64,000 bases of DNA from Massalongia carnosa (taxonomy: Eukaryota), in NCBI GenBank assembly GCA_965645245.1, contig OZ287070.1, positions 1,736,001 through 1,800,000 of the forward strand, in the 5' to 3' direction. This document shows, one piece after another, positions 1 through 16,933 of this stretch. The notes under the pieces are model-generated. The model was not told the DNA's origin. It saw nothing but the letters and a program-made list of their open reading frames with translations, and searched no databases. The translations under genes were made by a program, and so were the position numbers. Within the stretch, counting starts at the first letter, position 1, and each line of letters starts with the position of its first letter.

Positions 1-165
1 TCGCATCCGTGGTATCATCCATCCCATACATGACTCCTATCCTTCCCCTCTAGTAGGAACGCCGCAACCCCGTTATACGTGTCCCTTCACAGATATAACA
101 CCGATCCCTCGCGATACGCCCCAAGGAGATTCGGGGGGAAACTATATAAGCCAGCTATTCGTTAA

Positions 166-3100
166 TCAATGCAGTAGATTGCGCAGCGAAGGACTTGCGC
201 TCGCGCCGTTCGTCATCTGCCCATCGGCGCCAAGCCACCCTCCACCGCGCCCAAGCCCATCCGGGGGCGTCTCAGGTCTCTCGAAATTGCCCCGAGGGCT
301 GCCGTATATGCCTTGGTAGAGCTGCCGTGGAGGAGAGTGTGATTGGTAAGGTATAACAAAAGGGTTCTCTGCCGCTCGAGGTGGTCCATGTGGCCCCTGC
401 GTATTTTGATCATGCATGGGAGGCGAACGGATGGGAGGTGGGGGAGCAGGGTGGGCGCGGATGGCATGTGGCGGATGAGGATGTGGGGTGTGCTGGGTAT
501 TTGAAGGGTGTGAATGGTGAAGCGGATATGGAGTAGGTACCATGTGCGATGGATGATTCCGTGGCGGAGGATATGGAGACGGTGCCCCGTTGGGTAGGTG
601 TTGCAATGGTGCTTCATGGTGTTGTTGTTGTTGTGGATGGCCATAACTAGCTGCATGATATTGGGCCGAGGGCCCGATGAAATGCGGTTGTAGCGGTGGC
701 ACGGCAGCGGGAGGTGAATGTGAAACGCCGTTAGACATGCGTGGACGACCGTTAAAGCGCGGTGTAGGTTGATTCCCCCATCCGTGATATGGATCATGGC
801 TTGGCATCCCCAACGCTGGAGGCCATATTGGTTGTGCTAACTGTGGAGGAGTGCCTGGTTCTATGATCTCATCATGCAGGTCCAGCAGGACGGGATCAGG
901 TTCAGAAGAAGTACTTCTTCGCGGAGTTGGCTCTCGAAGTTTTCGCAGATGGCATTTGTGGCAGAGAAAGTCCGGAGAAAGAACTGCCCCGATAGGAAGC
1001 TCCAATCCAACCTCGGTTGTTGTGGTGATTCCCGGAGCACTGGCGGTGTGAATCAATGGTTCGCTTGAGATATCTTTGCTTATCCCATTATTGCCATGGT
1101 TCGTAGATAAGTTTTCGGGTTGCGCAGCAGCGAAGCGTGTAAGAGAGTCGTCTGATTTGCCAATGACATCTCCATTCGCTTGACCACACGAGTCACCTAC
1201 AAATATCTGACCCGGGGCTTCGGGAATATCAGTTCTCAAAAGGGGGTCCGCTAATGGCGGCGGCGGCGCTTCGATGATCTGAGGAATTGCTTTATGCCAT
1301 TTGGGACTTGTGTCGGTGCCACATACGGTACATTCCTTCGTACTTGGTTCAGTAACAGTTGTTTCACTCAGGTGTACTACACGGTCTCCATCGCCATCAA
1401 CTTCTTCCGACTTGATAGTGACCGTTGCGGGTGATACCCTCGAGCTCCTCGTAACTGGCCCCGATATCGAGTTGCCGGAGGGGACACTATTCAAGGTCGA
1501 CGTAGAGCTGCGGTGAGTAGCAGAAGCACCGGTAACGTGTGTGACTGCCTTCGTGGATGAGTGAATTAGCGCTGCCTTGCGAACCGTGCCAGTCATGGTC
1601 AGGTCGGCTTGCTTGAAGTTACGCGCGAACACCTGCAGGGCGTTGAGAGAGCTCTCCTCCACAGCCTCATGCATTGGATGAAAACTTGACTTGATCGAGT
1701 GCTCTCGACAAAATGCAACTGCTGAGATGATGCCAGTTTCGCCCCCGAGTGTTGTAGTATTCGCGACCTCCTTACGCGAGCTTTTAACCGGCGTCACATC
1801 AAAGCCAAGCGAGTAACCGTACTGTTGAGCACAGCTTACATGAAACGGGGCCGCGCAGTGATGGCAGGATATGCAGACGCCCTTACTAGTTTTGCAAAGC
1901 TTGCAAAGCTGTTCGTATTTAGCCGAAGGAATGGAGGGAACCCCTTCAACGGAATCCAACAGCTTTGCATTGCCCAGACGTATCTCGGGGTTCCAGAGAG
2001 CACAAACGACATGTACCCAGTTGTTGCCAGCTGTCCTTTTGAGAGGTTCTCGAGGTTCCACTGGTCTCCCTTGTTCTATCTGTTTACGGCGGTGCATACC
2101 AACGGCATCATTGATCATGTCCCGCTCCAGAACTTCTTTCTCGCGCTCACGGTCAGTCTTCTTCTTATGAGAGACTTTCGGAGGTTCCATGAGTTCGTGC
2201 TCGACGTGAGTGACTGGACAAAGCACACACTCATAAGAAGTCGATATTTGGGATGTCGAATCGTTGGAGCATGTATCACAGGTCCATTTGTTGCCAGATC
2301 GACTTTCCGCGATTCCATAGCAGTTTCGATGAACTGTGAGTCTGCAGTGGCGACAACTAAGATGCTGATCTCCCATAGGCTCCATCTGGTAACAGACAGC
2401 ACAAGGCAGAATCTTGATCCGAGGCGGGTCGGGGATGAGTGGCGGCTCCGGAGGCTTTTCGGCCTTCTTCTTTGGGGGGGGCTCACTGTGAACGGTGACT
2501 GGAGTCGCCGAAGATCTGGAGTTTTCAACTCCAGTCTTTTGCTTTTTCCTTGGACCATCTTGAATGGTGAGCCCCGATGGGACCTCTACGCCAGCAGAAG
2601 CAGCAGCAGCAGCAGCAGCGCTGCTCACACCCATTGCATTTGCTTCGTTTGCGCTGAAAAGTTCAATCAAGAGTTCTTCATCAATCCTACGCTTCCAGGC
2701 TCGACCACCCCCGTTTGCAACCTTTTTCGCGACCTCATCAATATTTTCCCATTGGATCCCATACTTTCGCCAGAGGCCTGCACAACGCTGGCAAAGTGCA
2801 ACCATAAGATAGGCATTTTTATCTTTGCCGCCCTTAGAGGATGTTTCAGACGCCACGGTGGTTCCGGGGGCAGTCGCAGGCGCGCGTCGCCATTGCGGGG
2901 ATTTTCTAGATGCGCAGAATTTGCACTCAAAGCCACGTTTCCGCGCGGCAGCTTTGCCGTTATCAAATGCAGAATCATCGATATCATCTGCCACGTCATC
3001 CACTAGTTTCGAATCAGCCTGTTTCGGCTGTTTCTTGCCCTTCCGTCCTTCATGATGTCCCCAGATCCTCTTGCCAGCATCCGTTTTCTTCCACATGTAG

Positions 3101-5641
3101 TAAAATCGGACAATTTCACCGTATTTCTGGGACTTGCCTACATGTCTGGAAACGTTGCGAAGTTCCGATCCGTATCTTAGGACGCCCTCTTCGAACCGTT
3201 TCAGCTCTTCCTTGCTGAGCTCTGGTTCTTTGAGATCCTTTCGCTTATTAACTATTTTTAGCTGCTGCAGCGCTGGTTCGACAGAGTAGTTATTGGAACG
3301 TAACAGCTCAAGAGCTTTGTCAAGGAAATTAGTTGAATGCTCTGAAACCCCCACGAATTCTGCCAGACTTTTCGCTTGCGCAATATAATCATCGATTGCT
3401 TGTTCCCGAAAATCGGGCTTATTGACTGAGTAGTCACTCAAGTCATTTCCTCGTAAGGAGATTTCACCTACTTTGGGCATCTTGAATTGAAGTTTCGCGG
3501 TAGTTGCAGAAGCTCCACTTGGATGGTCTTCACCACGACGGATATAGCCAACTGGCTCATCCATTACCCACTTGGGGCGTTTTTCTTTGGTGATTTTCTC
3601 TGCTTCCAAAGCAGCAATGGTCTCTTTTGTCAGCTTCGCATCCTTCTTATGACTACCACTTTTGATGTACTTCTTCCTTATGTCAGCGGGTTTGACTAAC
3701 TCAACAGGCCGGCCGTGCCAAACGTGCACATTCGCTTGATGTTTTGGCCCTAGCCGAGAACTAGCTCGAGGGTATATTCGATCGTCGTAATCAAGGGCGT
3801 CCTCCACTCGGCAGTGTATGCCCAAATATCTGTATGGCCAAAGTTTAGCCTGAGCAATTTGTTCTGCAGTTGCAGGGCGAGGGCCTGAATTCTGCGTAGC
3901 CGGGTCGTGCGAATTGTTGCCGCCAGTTGAGTTTGACAAGCCCCCATGGTCGTCGTCTTCTTCATCCAAAAGTTCTTCGTCCTCGCCTTCGGTAGCTCTC
4001 TCACTAAAATGAGGCGTATTCCGGGCCTCTAGTTTTCGCTCTTGCTTTCGGCTACAAGGCCCACAAGACCAAGCAAATCCTCGAGCGGGTTTCTTGAGCA
4101 AAGGTGGTCGTACACAGTTCATGTGATATGTGTTCTTGCACATAGCGCAGTCGACCGAGTCGTTGCTAAATAGTAGTGTAAGATAATATTCTCTGTAGCA
4201 GGCTTCAGCAACTGACCTTGCACAATAACCCACACACCGTTTGCAAGTCTTTATCGCACTGGTCAATTCTTTCCCGCGGCCCATTTCCACAATGACGAAC
4301 TTCCAGCGCTCATCCAGAACTTTCTTCACCCGGGCAGGAACGTTGATGACTTGGCTTGTAGGTATAACTTCATAATAACGATGTATATAACGGTCAAACA
4401 TTTTTTCGTACCAAAAGCAATCTTTGGTCTTTCGGTATTCATCAAGATCGGAGATATCATTCCTATGAAGTATTTGACATTTCCCCCGGAGTGATGTGAG
4501 AGGGCAAGTATCGGAATGCATTGATGCGAAAACGACTCGGGTGTCGTTGACTTTGCGTTGTATATCTCGGGGGCGATAGTACCAGTTCACCCGCAAAAAC
4601 TCTATCGGCAAAGTTTGATCGTTTTTTGACCCTTGACTATTTTTGGAGTGTAGAAACTCCATGATACGTGCGAGGTAATATGGCTCCCCAGGAGGTTCGC
4701 ATATTAAGTAAACGTGATCTTGTCCAGATTAGTGAGCTGAGCCATGCAATAAGACTGCTTCAAGTTGCTCGGATCAACATACCATTGATACTCAAGGTTG
4801 TCCCATCATCCGCCTTAAGGCGGCCGTTCTTCAGATAACCTTGGCTATTTTCGAAACTCAGCATGTTCGTTTGCCTATGACTAGCGGACGAACCAGCGAC
4901 GGCAGCTTTCCGAGAGTGTCCATTGGTGGTAGTGGGCCCTACGCTAGGCAACGCAGTGGAGGAACTAGTAATAGCCCCGGGAGCCTTGCGTTTTTTCGAT
5001 GCTGGGGGTGGAGGGACGGGATTGTTGTCTGCGTTCAAAGCAAAACTCAACGTACCCGGAATGGGCTCTTTCGCTGAAGTTAACGGACCAACTTTGCCCT
5101 CCCCAGCTCCTGACAATGTATTAGACGACCGCCGGGTACTAACGCCTGCTGATCTACCAGTATCCCCCGTCTGGGGGAGGCTTATGGCTGTCGGGGGTCC
5201 AAGAGCTTGTAGTTTCTTTGCAGAGTTCCAATCGTATTCCATGTCCAGTTCACGATCCTCTGCATAATTTGGCCTTGCATTGCCAGTTCGATTTCGCGAT
5301 CTTGTCCCATAGGGCGACGGACCGTTCGTATCCGGGGCATTTGTACCTTGAACCGATGGTAAGGAAGACGACGACGAAGTCTTCGTCATGGGTTGAGAGT
5401 CGAGGGCTGCCGCCTTAATCGCAGAGCCCGTTGAGTGTGGTTGGAGTAGCGGGGATTTCGAAGGTGCGAAATTAGCTACAGGTGGAATTTTCGAGAGTGT
5501 TTGATGAACGGGAGATGTTGAGCGTGGGAAGATAGCTCTAGGTTCTTCCTTGGTACCTGCCGAGGGTGATGAAGGCGTGGGTTGGCTTAATGCTTGGCTT
5601 CCCTCCCGGCCGTGCGGAGCATCATCAGTGTCGTCCGCCAT
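166..5641 (-). CDS. SNT2: Snt2-like chromatin protein / E3 ligase (BAH, PHD fingers, ELM2, SANT, extended PHD)
   Basis: Exon 1 (MADDTDD.., ~5641-4785; an alternative ATG lies at 5653) joins across an intron (~4720-4784) to DHVYLICEPPGEPYYLARIMEF (BAH domain). PHD 'CAMCKNTYHMNCVRPPL', ELM2 'SRLGPKHQANV', SANT 'FEEGVLRYGSELR..YYMWKK' and further PHDs follow. A 51-nt in-frame intron (4166-4216, GTCAGT..TTTAG) is hidden in the long ORF. Confidence 0.9.
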
Positions 5642-7093
5642 GTTGTACACCATCCTTGACCGATCGTATCAGCAAGGATGCAGGCCTTGTGAAGATGCAC
5701 GACCTGCCCAAGACTGTCCGTGAGGCGGCGACAGTGATGTGTACTACATTGATTGGGAGTGGGATGATCAGGCAAACATCTGGTGTGCCCAACTGCTAGT
5801 GGGAACCTGGCTCCTTTGGGACCGCATGTGGAGCGGAGTTTTGCGCTTCTGATAAACGGTGGAGTAGCAGACCGTGTTGCAACTAGGCGATGCAATGATC
5901 TCAGAGCAGAGCAAATCGCTTGTATCCAGCGCTTCGGAAGGTTAGTGGTTTACAGATGGCAGATAGATGTACAACTATGCCAAGGAGCATCGAGAGCCCA
6001 AGTACTTTATGTACGTGTATATGAGTGTATGTGAGCCTTTTTGTCTGTCTCTATATTGTGTATGTGTGTAGTTAGTGTTGGGAGGGTACAAGCCAGAAGA
6101 AGCGATGAGCGCGTAAAGATGGTATATGAAGGTGGGTAGGTATTTGAGTGGGCAAAGTAAGGAAGAAAAGAATGGGATATTGGAAGGGTCTAGTGAAGGG
6201 CAACGAGGAAGGTAAGTGTAAGGTAAAAACCACTCCACATGGTACGGCACCGGTGCTAAGGTGCTAAGGTTCTCGTACAGTACCAGTACTACTTACAACT
6301 ACCGATATAACTATATAGAGTGCTCTGTGCGTAGTGTACGGAAGTAGAGAGTACTCTATAGGTACTCTGTATTTACCTAATGATACAGAGTTACAATGTA
6401 CATACTCGTCGCTCACTCGCCTGCACAAAATCGGTCTTCCTTGCCGGGATCAGCCCAGTCGTCACATGTTTCCGACTCGTCAAAATTCCTCCAGTCTTAA
6501 CCTCACCTCATACGCCCCTAACTAGCCACTTGATTGCTATTACCATCTCGGACAGATTTGACACCACAAGAAATAGCGGAAGCTCTGGAAGTGTTTCAAT
6601 CGTAATCGTGTCTTTTCATAATTTGGCTTCAATGAGTCGTCCGTCCTAGGTTCTTCATGAGCGTTCATTCCCCGGGAGTGATGTTTATTGGCCGTCATTG
6701 GAAGGGAGTCGGGGCTGTTTTGACCCCCGCCTCTCCAAGATGCTCTTTTGTCATCATGAAACCCTTTCGGAGGATTAGAAGAACTCCGCTAAGCTAGATT
6801 GTGAACCGAGTCTTGCTTCCAAAAGCTCATTGACTTCGCAGTTGCTACGGGCTAGTATGCTAATTGTGACGCCTATGCAGAGTACAAAGTGCTTCGCTTC
6901 TGGGGCTTTTAACCTTTCACACACGTCCCTTGGCGCTTAGCCCATCTAGGTTAGGTAAGCCATTAAATCAGATCACATTGTTTACTTTCATTAGCGCCTT
7001 CATCGGTACCAAGTATCTACAGCAGCTTCAACTTGATAATTGTCTCTGCCGTGCACGCTCCAGTTTTCTTTTTTGCTTGAAATTCGCACTATC

Positions 7094-10329
<3,236 letters not shown>

Positions 10330-10671
10330 TCTCGAAGCGCTGGATTGCGATGTGGAGTCCAGCAAAGAGCTCTGCCAAGATCCTGTAGGCGGCTCCGTCC
10401 TTGTGGCGTTTCTGGGTGTGGGGGGGTTTTAGGAAATTGACAGAGGCTGTCCAGCCCAAGTACCTTGGTATGTATTTGTCTGCCTCCCTGCTCTAGTTCT
10501 GTTTACGAGCAAAGATTTATGTTGGCTTTGTCACGGTGAAAGTGCTGACACTGCGTTGAGGGCTTTTCGGGGCTACCATAAGGCCGTTAGCCGCGAGAGG
10601 GCGGGGCAGCTGTAGTGGGGTCAAAGTACTTGGTACCTATGAAGTTGTATGATACTTACCACAAGGTAGCT

Positions 10672-10708
10672 TCGGCACTCGGTACTCGGTACTCGGTACT
10701 CGGTACTC
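10672..10708. repeat. 7-bp tandem repeat (TCGGTAC)n, about 5 units
   Basis: tcggcac tcggtac tcggtac tcggtac tcggtac, about 300 bp upstream of the flavodoxin ATG. Confidence 0.85.
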
Positions 10709-11016
10709 ACGGACAGGGTCAGCTCCAGCGTCTGTAGGTATTGCATTTCCAATTGCTGAGTGATGTTTATCGAGCTTCCCGTCGTTCCTGGAGCCCCGCA
10801 CTAACTTAGCTACCCCTATTGCGGTTGAGTCAGCTAGCCGAAGCTTCCCCGACAGAGCTCAAAAGGTCCACAGCCCCTCATTCTTAACACGGCTTTTCAA
10901 CCCATCGGTCTGGCACTTTTTCTATCTCCCTCTCCTCCAGAGCAACTTCAGATCAACTTCTGTCCATACCCTATACCCCCACCCTCCGCTCATTACCAAT
11001 CCTCGATCCAGCAGCC

Positions 11017-11926
11017 ATGGCTCCCAAAATTGCCATCGTCTTTGTACGTCACTCCCCGCAGCCATGGGTCCGACCACGTCTGGCAAGACATGTTTGTACG
11101 CGCATGCTTGAACCGCCTTTGACCCTCTCTATGATCTAGTATTCCATGTATGGCCATATCCATAAGCTTGCCGAAGCCGAGAAGGCTGGTATTAAAGCTG
11201 CAGGGGGTATAGTAGATTTTTTCCAGTAAGCGATCTATTGAACCACGCGGTCGTCGTCGACGCATCTCAGCAAAAATCCCTCCAAATCCTAGGCTACCAA
11301 ACCCTTGCTAACTCTTCGCCACAACAGGGTCAAGGAAACCCTCCCTCAAGAAGTTCTCACCAAGATGCACGCCCCCGGTCAAACCGCCGACATCCCCTTC
11401 GTGACGCCCGAGACCCTAGAGGAGTACGACGGCTTCCTCTTCGGCATCCCGACCCGTTACGGTAACTTCCCGGCGCAGTGGAAAGCCTTCTGGGACTCCA
11501 CCGGTAAGCAATGGCAAACGGGCGGCTACTGGGGCAAGTATGCCGGCATCTTCGTCAGCACAGCCACCCCCGGCGGTGGCCAGGAGTCGACCGTCATCTC
11601 CGCTTTGAGCACTTTGGCTCACCATGGCATTCTCTATGTTCCGTTGGGATACAAGACCACGTTTCCGCTATTGGCTGAGTTGTCCGAGGTTCGTGGTGGC
11701 AGTCCATGGGGCGCGGGCACTTTTTCCGTGAGTACAGGGTCTCTTTTTGGCTTTCCAAAATTCGATTCGTTTGTTGTTATCCTCTCAAACGAAGCAAAAC
11801 CAATCTAACATGTCTATCCCCCACCTTCAGGGCGGCGACGGCTCCCGCCAACCTACCGCCAAAGAACTCGAGCTGGCCACCGCCCAGGGAAAAGCCTTCT
11901 ACGAGGCCGTCGCTAAGGCTGTCTGA
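11017..11926 (+). CDS. PST2: Flavodoxin-like NAD(P)H:quinone oxidoreductase (WrbA/Pst2/Ycp4/Alt a 7 family), short isoform, 4 exons
   Basis: [16 protein letters not shown].., '[27 protein letters not shown]', 'GGGQEST', '[20 protein letters not shown]'. Introns at ~11044-11139, ~11226-11327 and 11728-11830. Stop TGA at 11924-11926. Confidence 0.93.
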
Positions 11927-12172
11927 CTAGATGGTCCCTCTTCATCTCCTTTTACCACCCCTGCTGCAACACTAAAGCCGACGGAAAATTTGGTAAGGGG
12001 TAACAATGGTGTTGGTAGCGGTGTTGCTTTTGGAACTGAACATGGAACTAGAATTAGATCTGGAGCTGGCACTGGAGCCGGAGTGGGAGCCGGAGCGCAA
12101 CAGCCTGAGACGACGGATACTGAGCAAAATGCGGGTCCCTGCGGTTTACCAACTAAATGCTCGATTCTTTAA
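11924..12172 (+). other. Putative stop-codon readthrough signal (TGA CTA G) and in-frame C-terminal extension ending in CaaX (..GPCGLPTKCSIL*)
   Basis: The last exon starts in phase 0 at 11831. TGA at 11924 is followed by CTAG and 81 stop-free codons in the same frame to TAA at 12170-12172. Confidence 0.7.
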
Positions 12173-12533
12173 TTAACACTTACCCCTTACTTGTCCCCTT
12201 CAATGGATAATGCCATCGCTTGATGAAGATAATCCAGTCTGGCCTCGCTTTGGTCCCTTGCGTGATGAATCTTACAACTTTGCGCGTAGAGTCTTCCCAA
12301 CAAGTGATGTTTTTCCTCAGAGAATAAGACCTAGGTTCTTCGTCCCAAGTGGATTCCTCGGTTTAGCGAAACCCAAACCCGAAATCCCTTTTCTCGGTAC
12401 CTGCCGTCTCCAAGCACTTTCCCCCTTTCTCTACCGGCCTACGTTCCCATGCCCGCGCGAGCATAAGAAAAAACACCAACAACCACCCTCCCGGGTCCTC
12501 CAACCCGCCAATCCATCCGTCATCCGTCATCCG

Positions 12534-15457
12534 TCATCCATCCTCTGCCCCTCTCGTCGCGGTCCCAAACCGGCTCCCGAACCCCCCCATGTCCCGCTTA
12601 AAGAACTTACCAATGCTCCTAAGATTCTCGTTGAGATTGCCTGCCGATGTTGTGGTCGCGTCCGTGGCGTTGGTGTTGGTCGATGCTTGCGATTGCAGCT
12701 GATGCTGCGACTGCGACTGCTGCTGCGGCTGATACGATTGTTGGTGCTGCATGTTCTGGTGGGAGGAGGGGGGAAGGGGGGCGGGCGTGCCCGCCCCCGG
12801 AAGCGCAGGGCTGCTGCTGCCGCCCAAGCGATCGACACCGTCGCGGGCGGCGGACATGATTGCGTTGCCTAGCATCGCGGGATCGAAGCGGTTGGGCAGG
12901 TTTGACGCGCTAGCGTTCGCGGCTACGGAGAGAGATCCCAGCCCACCACTACCAGCACCGCTAACCCCGCCGCCGACGACGCCGCCACCGCTGGCGTGAA
13001 TGACGAAAGGGGTAAGAACGGGATTGGAGAGCGGGAGGGAGTCGTGGCGCGGGTGAGCGCGATGGGCGTGGAAGAGGTCGATTAAGGGAGCTTGGTCGGA
13101 TTTGCGGGCGATGCCTTTTAGCTCAAGGAGTTTCTTGAAGTTGGCGTCGGATTTGTCGGCAATGTGGATTAGGTAGGCCTGCACGAGAGCTTCGGGTGGG
13201 GAGGGGCGTACTTGAAGAGTTTTGAGGAGGGGGGAGAGGCGCGCTGTGGACTGAGCGACCCGTTTGAGGTAGCTCTGGGGGGGTGGGGTGCCAGCGGGGG
13301 AGGCTATGGTAAGGAGGTCCTCAAAGCCTTTTCTTAGGACATAGGTGTCCAGGAGCATCTATGGTAAGAAGGGAGGATTAGTGATTAATGCATCACCGAT
13401 TTATGGGGGTTTAGGAGTAAGTTAGTACCTGCTCCGCGCCGACTTCGGAGATGGGCTTGCATTGGAAGATGTTAGAGAGGTAAGCATTCGTGATCAATTC
13501 GATAAGGTTATCGCAGAACGCCCTTGAGTATTGCGGCTTGTGTAGCATTCCTAGTATCTCGCTAGACTTGCTCTTGATCCGCCGTAGCATCTCTTCCACA
13601 TAGGAACTCTGATCGCCAACGGATTCCATCTTGCTCCATCCTGTGTTCCGCATCTCCCGCCAAACGGGTTCAATGTCCATTTCCACCCTTCGCACTAGCG
13701 CGCGAACGCTGGCACTGGCAATACCCATAAATGAATCTGCCTGGCTTTGTAAATCAATGTTCGGTCTATAGTTTTCGTCGATGCGGGCTTTAATCTTCTC
13801 TTCCAGCTGATTGCACGTATTGAAACAGTAATCGGCCGTGTTCAATACGAGAACGATATCTTCAAGCAAGGGTGTCTTCGATGGTGTTTGCCCGCTTGGA
13901 CGTTCGCTGATGTAGTAAAGGAGAATCTGCTGAGCATACTGGTTAAGATATTTAATGAAGACTTTGCTCAACTCTACAAGCCTTGCGCCGGGAGAGAGTT
14001 TGGCGCACTGAGCAAGAGTCAATCGATAGAAGTTGAACAATTCCGTCGACGATGGGATGACCATCTGAGGAGAGAAATCTTCATCCAGCGGTCTTGGGGG
14101 CTGTTGACGATATTTTGGGATCATAGTTGACAAATGCCTAAAAAGATCGGTAAAGGTAACAGCAAGCGTTTGAAAAGAAACCCACCTATCCTGCGCCTCG
14201 ACCCACAGGCTCATATATGGCTCAAATGCCTCTGAGATAGCCTGGCTGAAGACTGGCATTTTTTCATCGTTTGAGCTTAGAGTATCGATTGATGCACGAG
14301 ACTGGCTTGATGTAAGAAATGACCAGAAGCCCTATTTTGGCCCGACATACCGTATTCGTGAACCGCCTTTCCAGGTCATGTTCGAAATCTAAAGTTTCCT
14401 GAAGACAAGAAAGGAGTAGATCAACATTCAAGGATTGACCATCAACTTTTCTTGCAGACCTTGCCAATATCCCTCGAAAATCTTCCCGTGTACTTTCACA
14501 GAACGCATTTGCCAGCATTTCATTCACACGCCAAATGGGAGGAAACATGGCTGCATGCTCATCATCATAAGTTTTGAGCATTCTTTTAAACCACGAGTAT
14601 CTTCTTGAGATGTTGTCCAATGAGCCCGCCTCCTCGTTGCCTCGGAACACCTGCCGGTATTCACGCAGCTGGGTATTACAATACCAGGTGATGAGCCTTG
14701 ACCTTGCATTTTCTCCCAATGCATTCATCACGAGACACGCCTCTGCCAGTATACTCCTATGTTGTGCCAACTCCCCCTTAGAAAAAGTAACCTCGAAATC
14801 CTCACACACCTGTTCGAGGAGCTCTCTTTGTAGATCTGCTACGTTCCTACTAAGCGTAGCTATCTGGTCAATCGAGCGGTAGGATTTGAAATGCGCCATC
14901 AGCTGAAGAACTGCTTGAAGTAACTGTGCGCATTCTCGATACTGCCGGGAGCTGCTGAGCCCCCGGAGCTGCTCATAGGCTGTCGTGAGCATTTGGAGCC
15001 TCTTTAGAGCAGTCATAGACAAGGCGAGATTTTTCTTGGTGTTGTCAAGCCGTTTAATATCGGCCGTCATCTCTGTTATCGTCTCTTCTGTCTGGATAGC
15101 TCGCTCCCGCACGCCCTCGACCTTGCGAAATAGTTCGGCAAGGTCTGTCTTGGCGGTCTGTATTCGTTTGTGACTTTCCACGTCCGACGCCGACTGCAGT
15201 GAAATGAAGGCTGAGATGTCATTATCAAGTTCTTTTTGATAGCCCCGTAAGGCTTTGGAGGTTCTAGGCACCGAGGAAAGGGCCGATGGATGAGTGAAAA
15301 TAGCATTGAGGTGCTCGATAGGGTCATAGTCATCTACATTGTTAGTAACTACTAAAAACTCTATGGTCATAACTTGTCTCACGAACCGGAATCTAACGTG
15401 TTCGTGGGTAGGGCCACGCCGTTCGACCGGGGCATAAGTTCTGTTGACAGTGGTCAT
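12534..15457 (-). CDS. VPS53: GARP complex subunit Vps53, multi-exon
   Basis: 'DYDPIEHLNAIF', 'MTADIKRLDNTKKNL..SMTALKRLQMLTTAYEQL', 'EAGSLDNISRRYSWF', 'SVGDQSSYV', 'CKPISEVGAEQ|MLLD'. Three ORF blocks joined by GT-AG introns. Confidence 0.93.
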
Positions 15458-16933
15458 GGGTCTATGAATTACTTAGAGGGTGCGAACGAAGAGTGAAGCG
15501 TCAATTTTGCGACGAGCATATCATGTTAACTTGCATGATCTTTCGATCGTTTTTTGTCTGGGCGGCTAAAAGTTTTACCGGAAACTCGGCGGAAATTCGG
15601 CGGTTCCGGAGCCTTTAAGTACTCTGCTCACCCCTTTTGCCTCAGTGCCCAGAAAAACCGTGCAATTGTCTCATCCACTTATATGATTGTAGACTCAATT
15701 ACATACCCTTTTAAAAATGAGGATTTTTTTCCGTTTTCGTAATCAATATCGCTGTTGGATTTAATTTTGATATTAGTAATAAAAAACCCCAGTTTAGCGG
15801 CTGTTTCTAGCACTGATACAAAAGGGGGTCGATCAACATAAAAAGGCCTCTAATTAACCTATCTAGCCGCTCCTAAATGGTTTGAAACCCCCCAATCCTA
15901 CTAGATCAATCAACAGGCCTGACATGATTTACCCAAAAACGCCCCTAACTACCATGTATCCACATCCCCTGCTCTCCCATTCCGATATCCCCTTTTACCA
16001 GCGTCCTCCCTGTTTCCCCTCCCTGAAAACGACATAGGTACATGACTAGATTAACAACGAACTTCCTTGAAAACTAATCGCCTCTTGCGGTCTTGGCGAG
16101 CCTGAAGGGTAAGGAGAGGGGAAGGGGAAAGAAAAAGGTTACGGGATACTGTCCAGTCGATGGATACGTAATCGCAGAGTATGAGCGATAATGTTCATCG
16201 AATATAAGCTCAACTAACCCTCTCTGTCTAAAATGTAGAGGGTTTCGCTCCGAGCCCCTGCTTCAAAGACTCGCCGAACGAGAAGAGACGCACGCTTTGG
16301 ACCGAACTGCACGAACCTGTCATATGATACTTCCCATAACTACCTCACTCCCGTTCCCCGTCTCTGAAAAATGGGTGCACAGAATAATGGTTTTCCGAAG
16401 ATTTTTTGTAAAAGGATGAAAGAAAGATCGAAAGAAAAACAGGAGATGCTTTTCGCTGCTTTGGTTGTTGCATACGCTGAAAGGAGATGTTCCTTTTCGG
16501 GCTTCTATCTTCTGTACCTTCCGATACAAGAAGCTAGGTGTAATTGATATAAATTTGCCTTTTCGGAGATGTTTGTAGCTCGAAAGTTCCGTAGAAATAT
16601 AAGGAGGAAGATAAGTGAATCGAAAAGGTAGAGTTTAAGCAATAAGAAATGGGCAACGGGGGGTGGAATGGAGAGGAAGTTGCGGATTACCGAAGATATT
16701 TTCTTTTTTTAAATAATTATTAAGTTATATTTTCATTTTGGGCCTGCTTCTAGGTAGGTAAGAACTAGTAGCGATGATAAGCTAAACAAAGGGAAATAAA
16801 TAGAAGCCAATTCCCCTAAATATTAATGTCATTTGAAGATTTGCCACCCAAGGGAACTCGAAACCTGATAAACAACGCCCACCTTGCAGCCAGGATGCAT
16901 CCGCGAATATTTCTCCGCTCAAGTTTCTGTTTG

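Noticed and set aside
1825..3006. 393-aa plus-strand ORF and other long antisense ORFs (e.g. 12210-12872, 31730-32344)
   Set aside because: Shadow or alternative frames of real genes with no recognisable motifs.
15550..16780. AT-richer ORF-poor segment at the left edge of the island as a transposon relic
   Set aside because: No terminal repeats, target-site duplication or transposase/RT motifs could be identified by eye.
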